The notes below the pieces were generated by a model. The model was given only the letters and a program-made list of their open reading frames with translations. It had not been told where the DNA came from and ran no database searches. 58,461 bases of DNA from Octopus bimaculoides (taxonomy: Eukaryota), in NCBI RefSeq assembly GCF_001194135.2, contig NC_068982.1:109391179-109449639 (forward strand). Reading direction: 5' to 3'. Of the stretch, positions 1-11,389 are shown piece by piece. The position numbers and the translations under genes are program-made. How positions within the stretch are numbered: position 1 is the first letter of the stretch; each line of letters begins with the position of its first letter.

Positions 1-19
1 TATATATATATATATATAT

Positions 20-170
20 GGGAGAATATACAAATAATAACAACAGACGAGGACAGGTGGTGTAAATAACAAAAGGATATATTAGTATGACGCTCGGGAA
101 TACGGAAAGTCTTTGACGTTTCGAGCTACGCTCTTCAACAGAAAGAATACGGAGACAAGGAGAAAAACAC
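20..170 (-). mobile_element. ~150-bp Penelope-like-derived short interspersed repeat, copy 1, carrying a hammerhead-like motif
   Basis: Roughly 80% similar by eye to 4500-4656. The minus strand has the CTGNNGAAG...CGAAACGT motif typical of Penelope-like terminal repeats. It abuts a (TA)n run. Confidence 0.7.
110..146 (-). ncRNA. Minimal type I hammerhead-ribozyme-like motif (variant core CUGUUGA)
   Basis: Minus strand reads UCUUU-CUGUUGA-A-GAGC-GUA-GCUC-GAAA-CGUC-AAAGA. It has a 5-bp helix I, a 4-bp helix II, a palindromic ACGU helix III and a GUC cleavage triplet. Confidence 0.55.
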
Positions 171-647
171 ATCTATGCATGTATATATATGTGTGTGTGT
201 ATGTGTATGTATGCACTCATTGATATGGACCAATCACTCAGCCTTTCGGCTTCTTCGTGGTCTTAAGATATGTTATATACAGCGGCTCCATCCTACTCCG
301 TTTACACGCTGCTTTTTGAGAAACAAACATACAAATTAATGTTTTCTCTACCCTCTGCGTCAGAATGGGACAGCATGGTCGCAAATACATTTTATCATAA
401 GTATGTTCGGGGGAGCGATAAAGTTATCTGATGTAAGAAAAGATGATTATAAATGTCTCGAGACTGCGAAGAACCCTCTATGTCAGTGATTCACAACCAC
501 TTCTATATAAGCATTCTTCTTTACGCCCCATCTTTATATCACTGATTATCTCTCATTCCCATGCGAAAATATACACATAGCAATCGCTATATATAAATTA
601 TAATATCACTGCCAAAATGATATCTTTAACATAGCATGTTACCACAT

Positions 648-716
<69 letters not shown>

Positions 717-723
717 CACACAC

Positions 724-772
<49 letters not shown>

Positions 773-813
773 CTCGGCTATTCATCATCTGTCTATCTGT
801 CTGTCTGTCTGTC
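648..813. repeat. Compound microsatellite (CA)n-(TATC)n-(TCTG)n
   Basis: Directly visible; it explains the HT/LSIY ORFs. Confidence 0.97.
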
Positions 814-1268
814 TGTATTTATTTTAGCCTTCGTGTGTATAAGCATATGGACAAAACAAGAGAAAAACAGTTTGCATCGGTGTATCTGTTACTTCATGTA
901 AAATTACCTCCACAAAACTGAGGCCACTAAACAATACGGTAAGACAATTCATTCCTAATACACACCCAGAAATATTTAATATAGAATTTGTAGACGTTTG
1001 GCTTGATCGGACCACATTTCGACCGATCGAATCTAAGGCATAATGCCTCAAAGTGTTCGATAAATAGTTAGCAATATTAAGAGCTGCAACATGTGTGGAC
1101 ATGATAAATATGGAAGTGAGTTAAACAACTGAAGAAATCACTCAGACTCACAAATACAGCTATACGTATAAGTACATATACATATATTTGTATATATGTG
1201 TGTGTATGTGTGTGTATGTATGCATGTGTATGCATACACACATACATCTATATCCATAAGAACATATG

Positions 1269-1310
<42 letters not shown>

Positions 1311-2504
1311 TAGATAGATAGATAGATAGATTGATAGATAGGTAGAGAGAGAGAGAGAAGTAGAATGGTTGACATATAGATATAGATCTATTTACCTATC
1401 TCTGTATTTATATATCTCTATGTATATATATATANNNNNNNNNNNNNNNNNNNNNNNNNNNNNNNNNNNNNNNNNNNNNNNNNNNNNNNNNNNNNNNNNN
1501 NNNNNNNNNNNNNNNNNNNNNNNNNNNNNNNNNNNNNNNNNNNNNNNNNNNNNNNNNNNNNNNNNNNNNNNNNNNNNNNNNNNNNNNNNNNNNNNNNNNN
1601 NNNNNNNNNNNNNNNNNNNNNNNNNNNNNNNNNNNNNNNNNNNNNNNNNNNNNNNNNNNNNNNNNNNNNNNNNNNNNNNNNNNNNNNNNNNNNNNNNNNN
1701 NNNNNNNNNNNNNNNNNNNNNNNNNNNNNNNNNNNNNNNNNNNNNNNNNNNNNNNNNNNNNNNNTATATATATATATATTTATATATATATATATATATA
1801 TGCATGTACGCATACACAATTATATGCTGGCGGCATATATCAAACAAATAAACCGTAAGACATATATATATATGTAGTAGAGCTGTCAACAGAGTAAATG
1901 AAAGGCAAAGAAAATAAATAGCTTTGCTAGCCAGGTCAGTAATTGTTGAGGAGAAATTGTGCATTTCCCAGTGAAATGAATAGTGTAAGGAAAATTTAGC
2001 TGACATCATTGCTTTAATCATAGGAGCAGATATGGCTGATAAATGGACAGCGCTAAAAATATACCTCATTTGGTCATGTTTTTGTATTTTGCACAACTTA
2101 AAGACTTTCCTTTCAAAGAAAATAGATTTTTTCAGAAGGTGATGTGTTCGGGGTTGAATGTGAATATATTTTTTTTCTTATCAATAGTACTTATTGTTAT
2201 TCTTTCGTTGTGATCGTTTTTTTTTCTGTCGTATCAGCAGCAAGTCATTGTTTATGAAGGAGATTGAACTTTTGTCGCAATGCGTGTCACTTTATTGCTT
2301 TAAGATTTACATGGCGTAGTGATATAATTCTTCGGTAAATTGATAGGATTTAGATCATAGTGTTAATGAATAACATATCTGCAGTGTTTCATAGCGTATT
2401 ACTGGGTGCTACACTGTAAAACATATGAAGTATTGTGTTGTATACAGTTATATTATTTATCTATATAAATATGCAAATCATAAGTAGTCATTCGAGTATC
2501 TGAT

Positions 2505-2555
<51 letters not shown>

Positions 2556-2776
2556 TATATGGATGAACGTGTGTGTGTCATATATATATATGAGGTTCTT
2601 CAAAACTGGTAATTTGAATAGAATAACATGAAGTGTAGCACTGAATAGGACGACAAAGGCGGGGCAAGCAGTAGATTAGGGAGGTTTTCAATTGACTGGT
2701 AGAGGTATAATATGCACTAGATAGAAAGGAACAGAAATACATAAAAAATGTGCGCGCACGCGTATTTGTAAATATA

Positions 2777-3650
2777 CAAGGGTCGGTTGAAAAGTTCATA
2801 TGCCGACCAAGATATTCTCATGGAGTGTGACCAAAAGCCACAGTCACGCACAGCAATCATTGAAACCAAGGACTTGTATCCTGGAGCATTGACCTGGGCG
2901 TCTGACCTTGATAGCCTTTCGTAACAACTTCAGCAAGTTGGCATAGCACCATTGATGGTGTGGCCATTTTGAAGACTGTCACTAAACACAATGATTTTGC
3001 GTTCCAAAATCAGAAGCCATCATCTTCCCTGCATAGGAAATGGCCCTCTTTTGAGCGAGTGAGGGTTTATGTTTCCACTGCGTCGATTGTCTCTTTCCCT
3101 CTGGCTTAAAGTGATGAAGCCAACACTCTTCCTTGCTTAGGAAATGTTCAAGAAAACCGGCTGGATATGGCACGGACTATGTCAGATTTTCCCGCGATGG
3201 GATCAGCCTAGTGCGCTTTTGATTAGGTGTCAGAAGAATTTCGTCATGCCAAATTCATTGCGCACGATATTCTCAACATTCTCACGGGATATGCTAATAG
3301 CATTGGCTGTTTGATTTATAGGCAATCGTCTGTCATCCATCAGCATGTGGTGAAGACGATCAATGTTTCTTCGGTTGTGGCAGTTGCAGAACATCGAGAC
3401 CTTGAGTCATCTTCAAAACTCTCCTTTCCCCTCCTAAATTCGGCTTCTGGCTTTTGTACTGTTGATAAAGCTGGAGCCTCATCTTCTAATATAATAACTA
3501 TGTCAACATAATTTTAGTTGGCGGCTCAAGTCTTTTTCTGTTGGTACTAAATTACACCATGATGCCAAATATTGTCAATCTTCAAGAGAAGTCGTTACTA
3601 GTTACTTTTGAAATCTTTGAACTGTTAGATATCAGTTTATCTTGAAATAA
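2777..3650 (-). mobile_element. Decayed, internally deleted mariner (DD34D) transposon
   Basis: TA followed by the TIR CAAGGGTCGGTTGAAAAGTTC at 2777. Minus translation gives EECWLHHFKPEGKRQSTQWKH...AGKMMAS and an N-terminal DNIWHHGVI...HTH. Stops and frameshifts are present, and the YSPDL region is missing. Confidence 0.88.
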
Positions 3651-3819
3651 ATAATACAGTTTTTAGGAAGAGTTGAAATTAATGCATGCAAGATTTCACA
3701 ATTCTAACATCACTCCATTGTCAGCCTACGAACGTTTCAGCCTACCCTCGTATAGTATTATGGGTGCTGTATACGATATTATATTACATAAAAACATAAA
3801 TGACATTTATGTGCATGAC

Positions 3820-4035
3820 TTACCTTGTACCTTGCTATGCAGCCCATGGGCCCTCCTGATCCTCGGCCGAATAGAACAGCGAGGATGTGACGGCCGTTGA
3901 AGAAACGGCTACACTACCTCTGGCTGGTACACATTTTCAGCCGGGTAGACTGGAGCAACTTGCCTTGCTCAAATAAATAATGACTTACTCGGTTCAGGAG
4001 CCGAACTCACGGTCTTACAATAATTAACCTATCAT
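3820..4035 (-). mobile_element. Decayed tRNA-derived SINE (family 4; central domain ggtacacattttcagccgggtagactggagcaac)
   Basis: B-box-like GAGTTCGGCTCC on the minus strand and a (taccttg)2 tail. A related head lies at 50779-50862. Confidence 0.6.
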
Positions 4036-4209
4036 GCGCTTTCACAAATACAAGGAGTAAATCAAAAGCAGGTACAACATTTTTATTAACTGACAAAATC
4101 CATCCGAATTGGACTTGGTAGATTAACCCTTCCTCTATGCATAGATACTACTTATTATGAAAGAGTTATGCCCACTTTTTCATTGCGTTTGACTTTATTC
4201 ACGTATATA

Positions 4210-4429
4210 GGGTGACAAGCTCGCAGAATCGTTAGCACACCGGGCAAAATACTTAGCGGCGTTTCTTCTTGTCTTATGCTCTGATTTTAAATTCCACTGA
4301 GGTCGAATTTGCCTTTCATCATTTAGGTGTCTATGAAATAAGTACCAGTTGAGCACTGGGGCCAATGTGATCGACTGTTCTCTTCCCCAAAATTTCAGAC
4401 TTTGTACTTATAGTAGAAAGGATATTATC
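4210..4429 (+). mobile_element. tRNA-derived octopus SINE (family 1)
   Basis: Contains gcagaatcgttagcacaccgggcaaaatacttagcggc...gaggtcgaatttgcctttcatc...aagtaccagttgagcactgggg; homologous to 25806-26023 and 32426-32630. Confidence 0.88.
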
Positions 4430-4499
4430 CGCATGTATGTACACACACACACACACATGTATATACATGTATATTATATATATGTATGTATATATATAG

Positions 4500-4656
4500 G
4501 GAGAATTCACAAAAAAAAATCAAGAGACGAAGACAGGTGGTGTAGACAACAAACAGATGTATTAGTATAACGCTCGGGAAGTGAAAAAAGTCTTTAACGT
4601 TTCGAGCCTACGCTCTTCTACAGAAAAGAACACAGAAAGAAACAAGGAGAGAAAAT
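4500..4656 (-). mobile_element. ~150-bp Penelope-like-derived repeat, copy 2
   Basis: Homologous to 20-170 and flanked by TA-rich microsatellite on both sides. Confidence 0.7.
4591..4628 (-). ncRNA. Minimal type I hammerhead-ribozyme-like motif (variant core CUGUAGA)
   Basis: Minus strand reads CUUUU-CUGUAGA-A-GAGC-GUAG-GCUC-GAAA-CGUU-AAAGA, with a GUU cleavage triplet. Confidence 0.5.
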
Positions 4657-4662
4657 ACAGAA

Positions 4663-4693
<31 letters not shown>

Positions 4694-5875
4694 GACAATA
4701 TACTATATAATATGGCTAAGAGGTGTAATCATTTTTACATGCTCAGTTCAATTGATGTCTTGTTTATTTTGTCTTCCTTCTGGAGTCGATAACAATACCA
4801 TTCTAGTCCAGGTTTTAATTAATTTGAGGTAACTGAATGAAAATCAATTCTATAATATATATAAAGATCAGTATCGAAGGATTTTATAACACGGAAGAGG
4901 TTGGTGCATCATTTAGTTTGATATGGAGTTTGTATCGATACTTAAGGTTTAAAGGATATCGTCAAATTATTAAAGTTAGAAGAGGTATGAAAATATGAAG
5001 TGTTGTGGATCAGAATTTGCAAACCGTGGATGATTGATGTATTTTTTTTTAGAATCCTAGAATATCTTATATTAAAATATCTTTGTAAGAATGTGGCGTA
5101 TTAAACAAGTAGTACTTGTTAGTGCTAGAATTTCTATTATATAGATGTAGAATCGTTTTTGTACTTTTGAATGTTTTTGTACTTTTGAATAGAACGCTTA
5201 GTCAAGTTTCCACTTTTGGATATTTAAAGATTTCTGTTTAGGGGTAAGATACAGATTTAATTAAGCATGCAAAGGTGCGTGCAGATAAAGCTTATCTGAT
5301 GAGATTGCGAGAGAAATAGAAGCAATAATTGTGGATACGTTTGGAGTTTACCGTAAGTACGTTCTGCATTTAAAGAAGTAAACCCGAAACTGATATCACT
5401 GAAATTGGAAATAACTTTGTCCCCTGACTGAACTATGTAAATGTTTTCATAGATTACTTGAAATTGACTAATCCGAAGGAAAGCTATTCTCTTAACGAGT
5501 TTCATAGGTCCATAAATCAAGTTTTTTAATGTTTATGTAGTATTATGTTACTGCATGATGAATTTTTTTCTGGAATACGACGCTATTAACAGGGAAGGTG
5601 AACTATCTTATAGGAAACTCACTGAAAGTCAAATGAGAATGTATTCTTTACACTGTTTTCTTGGTTCTATTGTGAAAATAAGAGAATTCCTTTCCAGATT
5701 TAAGAAATTTTTCGGTTCCCTATTTCTGGAAAATTACAATAAGTTACTCTAACAAAGAACGTTTCAAGCACTTCTCTAATTAAAATAATTTTGTCTTTGT
5801 GTGCGACCCCATTACCAGCTTTTTCCTCTCACAATCTATTAAACCAACAACCTAACTGAGGACTGTAAAAATGAG

Positions 5876-5921
<46 letters not shown>

Positions 5922-5964
5922 TGAAAATGAATGAGTATGTGAGTGAGTGTGTGTGTGTGTGTGC

Positions 5965-5999
<35 letters not shown>

Positions 6000-7078
6000 C
6001 GTACTTGCGAGTACTTGCGTTAGTGTGTACGCGTTTGTACAAGATTAAAGGAAGGAGAAAGAAATGAGTTGGGAGGAAAGAAAAGAAATGAAAATAATTA
6101 CACCCGGGGTAGATATTGGCCTTTGAAATAAATATATACATGCAAACATTTACCGTTAGACTACACAAATATAAATACAACAACATGCTCACAACACATA
6201 CTAATACATATAAATACATAACACATGTACAGAGATACTTGCCCGCACCCAACATACACCGCAGGGATTGATACATGCAATCTAACAAAGATATCTGCAC
6301 GACTCACATACATAATGTTAAATACGTACACATATCACGGACGCAAAGATGAACTCTTTCAAATAGTTTCTTAGAATTTTATTTTAAAATGATGTTCTTT
6401 TCTTATTATTAGATATTCATTCTTTATTTTACGTATTCTCTTTTTCAGTTGATTTCTGTTTATATCTGAAATAGTTACCCTCTGAATAAGCATTTCTTGT
6501 ACTGGTGCAAATCAGTGGAGAGTGTAGTCGGTTACATCATTCACAACACATACCCGGTACTTATTTATCGCTACTCGGAAGCATCAAATCGGAAATTGTT
6601 ACACTGTGCAGCGACCGTACAATGTGTCTGCAAATCCTTCAATAATGTTCCTGTTTTAATAGGTTTGAAGAAATAGGAGATCTGTAATATTGAAGGGTGT
6701 GAAAAAATAAACAAAATCTTTAGCAGTATAAACAAAGAGATATTGATTGGAAGTCGAACTTAGGTAGAAACGGCTTTCTGAAATCGTGTCTCATCTTATG
6801 GAACTTATTGGCAGGAGATGGCTATAGTTGACCGCACCTATCCTAATTGCTCTACAGTTCCTTTCGTTTACTGCTTGGATGAACCCACCATTTAATAGGC
6901 AATGTCGATTTTCAAGAAGTAAACTACATTTTAGGGTAAGTGGGACAAAATAATATATAAACAAGTTGTTACTTTCCGTTGGAAGACTACCACTGTTTGT
7001 AAGTGTACTTATATCAAAACACACCAGAGATACGATATTCACAATATATATATATATTCCAATATTATCAATACTTAC

Positions 7079-7216
7079 AAAACATTGATGGTACTAGGCT
7101 TATCATTATTTCTGGCCTTGTACACTTTGCAACAGGTTACTTCGATGTACACTGGTCCATATACTTTTGTCAGAAGAAGAACAGCAATTTCAGCATTCTT
7201 TTCGGAGTCTCTGCAA
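7079..7216 (-). CDS. Candidate internal exon B of an unidentified gene (138 nt, phase 2-2): CRDSEKNAEIAVLLLTKVYGPVYIEVTCCKVYKARNNDKPSTINV
   Basis: Acceptor gtctcttttcttcaaccag (in-frame alternative ttgcag 6 nt downstream), donor TTTT|gtaagt, open frame, and phase compatible with 7444-7514. No homology recognised. Confidence 0.35.
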
Positions 7217-7312
7217 CTGGTTGAAGAAAAGAGACAGCTGGAGACGTGGTCTGAATGCTTGCAACAAAATGTACTCAAGGGACCAACTCACTGCTTCCTT
7301 AGCAGGCTTTAA
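7088..7312 (+). CDS. 74-aa ORF with prepropeptide-like layout (signal peptide, RRR and KR sites, 2-Cys C-terminal peptide)
   Basis: MVLGLSLFLALYTLQQVTS-MYTGPYTFV-RRR-TAISAFFSESLQLVEE-KR-QLETWSECLQQNVLKGPTHCFLSRL. It is antisense to candidate exon B and has a weak Kozak context. Confidence 0.2.
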   Translation: MVLGLSLFLALYTLQQVTSMYTGPYTFVRRRTAISAFFSESLQLVEEKRQLETWSECLQQNVLKGPTHCFLSRL

Positions 7313-7443
7313 GGAAAGATATGAATAGATAATACAGATTGAGTGACACAGTTTTTTTTTCCAGTGAAGGCATATGTCAATACTAAACCAAGAAAGGCTG
7401 TGATAGAATTATTCAAATCGGATCTGAAAACGCCGAAACTTAC

Positions 7444-7514
7444 AGCTGAGACGATATATAATTGATAAACCCTTCACAGCCATCTAAACTATGCCAGCCT
7501 TGACACAGCAGACA
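7444..7514 (-). CDS. Candidate exon A of an unidentified gene (71 nt): CLLCQGWHSLDGCEGFINYISSQ(L)
   Basis: Acceptor attattatttcag, donor AGCT|gtaagt, one open frame, and a 227-nt intron to exon B. Confidence 0.35.
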
Positions 7515-8563
7515 CTGAAATAATAATAACGTATTGGACCTGGATTAATGACTGGGATTATAGCCTATAAACAATTTTTTCTAGGGCACACATCTCTTTT
7601 TTCAAACAAGCTGATTCATTAGTTTTATTTTTCGATTTTAGAGAGATAAATATATAATTAATTACAGGAATGTACTTGGGAGTAGAATGCTGTACAATAA
7701 ACATATTTAAGAGACAAAAGAGTTGCTTTAATGCACTGTAAGCTCGAACCCTAACCCTAACCATTTACCCACTCCCCCCCATATATATATATATATACAC
7801 GGAGACGCACACGCACACACACACATATACGTATATATATATTCACTGATATTTGAGGTCAAAGTTGTGTTGTTACTTTTGACGGAAAGCACAGAAAGTT
7901 CCCTCTAGATTGAAAAGTGCATTCTCTTAGACTGTTATTTTATAGTAAACATATGTTGAGAAAATCATGTCTTTTCCCGATCAATTAATCGATTGCAAAG
8001 TCCTTTTCAGATATATACTTGCAAAGATTTGTGCAGCCATTCACATGACCATATTAACACATACATAAATAGATATATAATTTTCATATAACTGTGTGAG
8101 TGCATGGGTGTGTGAATGTGTGTGTGTGTGTGAGTACGTGTTTGCGTAGACACAATACTGAGTTTTCAGAATCTCTCTTTTTTTTTACTTTCATTATCAA
8201 TGTACATAATATCATATCCTTTCCTACCTCATTCTGTCTGTTACATTCTCTTACTCTGTCTAACACGCTCCGTTTTTCTTTCTCATCATCTCTGTATATA
8301 TNNNNNNNNNNATATATACATATATGTATTTATGCGTGTGTATGTACATTTTCACACATGTATGTGTATGTTTGTGTGCGTGCATGTGTGTGTGTGTAGT
8401 TTATTGTTCTGTTAAGGTAAGATTAGCAAAAATAGAGCTAAGTATCATTTAATGTATGCAGTATAGAAATATGAGCTACTAATCGTTTCTTGCTTTGGAG
8501 ACAGGGGTCTAGACATGATTTTACAACACCCCTTGTGAATCCAAGCAGTCGTTTTGCTCTGAG

Positions 8564-8690
8564 CACATGGACTATTCTATTTGAAAATCTACCTTCTCGT
8601 TTTTCTTGTGATTTCAATGGCACCAGAGTTCTCACTTGCAAATAGAATAGACCATGTCTTAGGAGCCCCAAAATTTCTGGGACACTGGGC
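8564..8690. mobile_element. Tc1/mariner-type terminal remnant with internal inverted repeat
   Basis: catggactattctatttg (8564) and caaatagaatagaccatg (~8639-8656) form an 18-bp inverted repeat with 1 mismatch. A TIR-like gtgtcccagaaatt lies on the minus strand. Confidence 0.45.
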
Positions 8691-8777
8691 GTGTTTTTAT
8701 AAAACCTGGCTAAATCCGCGTTTCCAAAGCAAGATACTATTAGTAGCTCGTATCTTAATACTGTGTATATTTTGATC

Positions 8778-9150
8778 AGGTGTCAGAAGATGTATAGCCC
8801 ACCGAGCAGAGACCTTCGACATGCCAAGTACATTGTGCACAATATTCTCAGCTCTCCCACGGGATATGCTAATAGCATAGGCTATTTGATTTTAGTCAAT
8901 TGCCTGTCAATTGTGATCCTGCAGCATGTGGTGAACATGATCAATTTTTGCTTGGTGGTGACATTTGCCGGACATCCAAACCTTGAGTCATCTTTAAGAT
9001 TTTCCGTTCCCCTCCAAATTCCAACTCCTCAGCCCTAATATAGCAACGAGGTCAGCATGAGTGTCCTTGTGTGCTAATGTCTTTTTCTACAGGTACTTGA
9101 TTACACCACAATGCCAAATTTTGTCAATTTTCAAAAAAAGTCGTTACTAG
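8778..9150 (-). mobile_element. Mariner 5' fragment, same family as 2777-3650
   Basis: Aligns by eye with 3225-3600 (aggtgtcagaag...catgtggtgaa.atgatcaat...agtcgttactagt). Confidence 0.88.
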
Positions 9151-9192
<42 letters not shown>

Positions 9193-9194
9193 AG

Positions 9195-10028
9195 TAGCGA
9201 CATGCTACTGATCAGATGATGAATTTCCTCTTGAGGAATTTTTTGTCAAGTTTCATGCAGTAATCTTAAAAGATATGGTTTTGAAAATGCTTTCTTGTTC
9301 TTTTTATGAAGTGTCCTGTCCATTATATCCCAGAGGTATTCAAAAGGGTTCATATCTGGTGACTGGCTTGGCCATGGAAGATTTTTAATGCCATTCTCTT
9401 CCAACAAACCTTAGCTCATTTTAGCTATGTAACGTGGAGCCCCATCTTCCATAAATAAATAATCTTTTTTAATCGTTTCACCACAGAATATTAGAAGGAG
9501 TCTTTTGTGCAGTATGGACACATATTTATCTCAGTTTGTTTCCTCCACACTCCACCAACTCTGATAAACCATTGCTCCAAATTGCTCTCCATACCATAAC
9601 AAAGTAGTCACCGTGTTTCATTGTTGGCTGAAATCTTTTCACGTCAAATTCTTGATCACAGAGTCTCCAGACCCACACTCGATCACTGTCAGGAAATACA
9701 GCAAATCTGGAGTCATCAGAAAATATTACAGTGTTCCAAAATGATAGTGGCCTCTTCACAATCTCACTGGCCCAATCTTTTGTCCGCTTGATGTTGGCTG
9801 ATCGAAGAAATGGCTTCCTTCTTGCTGCTCTGCCAAGTTTATGGAGATACCTGACAGCTGTTCTGGGGCTGACATCAACTTGTGCTATGTCAGGAGCCTT
9901 GCAACGAGACTTATCCTCAACACTTCTCTTAACAAAGCGAAGGGTCCTGTCAGAGTGCTCAGGTCGACATGGACGAGGTGGTGTTGACTCCTTCCTCTCC
10001 TTGGTGAATTGCACAATCACACTATTAA
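9195..10028 (-). mobile_element. Decayed Tc1-like (DD34E) transposase, family B, 5'-truncated
   Basis: Motifs RAARRKPFL, WNTVIFSDDSRF, VMVWRAIW, FMEDGAP and WPSQSPDMNPFEYLW. Confidence 0.9.
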
Positions 10029-10940
10029 CTAAAATGCACCATAAATGTTCAATAATGTTGAGATCTTGGGACTGTAGTGGCCAGATAAGATGTTCAACTT
10101 CGCTAGAATGTTCCTCGTGCCATTCAATAACAACTTTAGCTGTGTGAATTGGTGCATTATCATCTTGAAAGATTGCCTTTTCCCTCTGGAAACAGTTCCG
10201 CAACTATAGGATAAATTTGATCACATAAAATGCTTAAATAGTCCTAACTATTAATTCTGCCATTAAGGGAAACCCAGATCATCACAGATGCTCCTCCATG
10301 TTTAACAGCTGGAAAAAGGAGTCTGGGTCAAATGCTCCTTTTAGCTGTCTCCACACGTATACTCGGCCGGTGGTCGGAAATAAGGTAAAGGATGATGTGT
10401 CCGAGAAAATAACATTCTTCCACTGCTCTGGGGATCAATTCTGTAGGATTTTACTCCACTCTAAACGCTTTGCAACGTTTGTTTTTGAAAATAGTGGTTT
10501 TCTGATTGCAGCCCTCCCGGCGAACAGTTTTTGTGGAAACTCAGTTCTCGAGGTGGTCATTAAGCTCTGCAGTAATTTTTGGAGCTGTTCTTTTGTGATC
10601 CTTTTTAACAATTCACGTAAGAGTCCGACGGTCCCTATCTGAAAAGTTTCGTTTTCTTCTGGAGTTTTGTTTCGACGTGGAGGTTTTTCCCTCTTTCTGA
10701 AAGGTTGTCATTACACCAAATAATTCGGCTGTTTTTGTTACGCTAGCGCCTGCCATACAAGCACCAACAATTTTACCGCTTTGAAAGTCTGTTAGATCTG
10801 TCATTTTAATGAATTTTAATTACCTTTTTCTGATGATATCTGAAAAGAAACTGCAATTTTAGCAAAACATATTAAGCAACTCTAATAATAAATCGAAAAA
10901 CATAAAAATGAACAAGCTTTTGACGGTTTTATAGATATTT
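10029..10940 (-). mobile_element. Decayed Tc1-like (DD34E) transposase, family A, 3'-truncated
   Basis: Start MTDLTDFQSGKIVGACMAGASVTKTAELFGV at 10804, and FQDDNAPIH...QDLNIIEHLW; highly similar to 23897-24890. Confidence 0.92.
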
Positions 10941-11275
10941 NNNNNNNNNNNNNNNNNNNNNNNNNNNNNNNNNNNNNNNNNNNNNNNNNNNNNNNNNNNN
11001 NNNNNNNNNNNNNNNNNNNNNNNNNNNNNNNNNNNNNNNNNNNNNNNNNNNNNNNNNNNNNNNNNNNNNNNNNNNNNNNNNNNNNNNNNNNNNNNNNNNN
11101 NNNNNNNNNNNNNNNNNNNNNNNNNNNNNNNNNNNNNNNNNNNNNNNNNNNNNNNNNNNNNNNNNNNNNNNNNNNNNNNNNTTGTATAAAGGATCGTGGG
11201 TAAGGCCAAAAGAATGCGAAGTAAATGCAAGGTAAAATCACTAGAAAACAAGTATGTGAATTAATGTAGACTTAC

Positions 11276-11389
11276 CTTGTACTCAATATTTCGGGGTTAT
11301 GACCCCATTTTCAAGAATTAACGAATGTTACCGATGTGCATGTGTGTGAGCGTGTGTGGAGTGGACATGCGAAGGAGGGTGTTTTTATA
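11276..11389 (-). promoter_or_regulatory. Candidate TATA promoter plus short non-coding first exon
   Basis: TATAAAAA (11382-11389, minus) is followed ~105 nt later by a consensus donor CAAG|gtaagt at 11276/11275. Confidence 0.25.

Noticed and set aside
7747-7762. (AACCCT)2.5 telomere-like repeat
   Set aside because: Too short to distinguish from chance.
9526-10203. 225-aa transposase-like ORF as a functional gene
   Set aside because: It is a chimera of two decayed Tc1 families, has no ATG start and has the domains in the wrong order.
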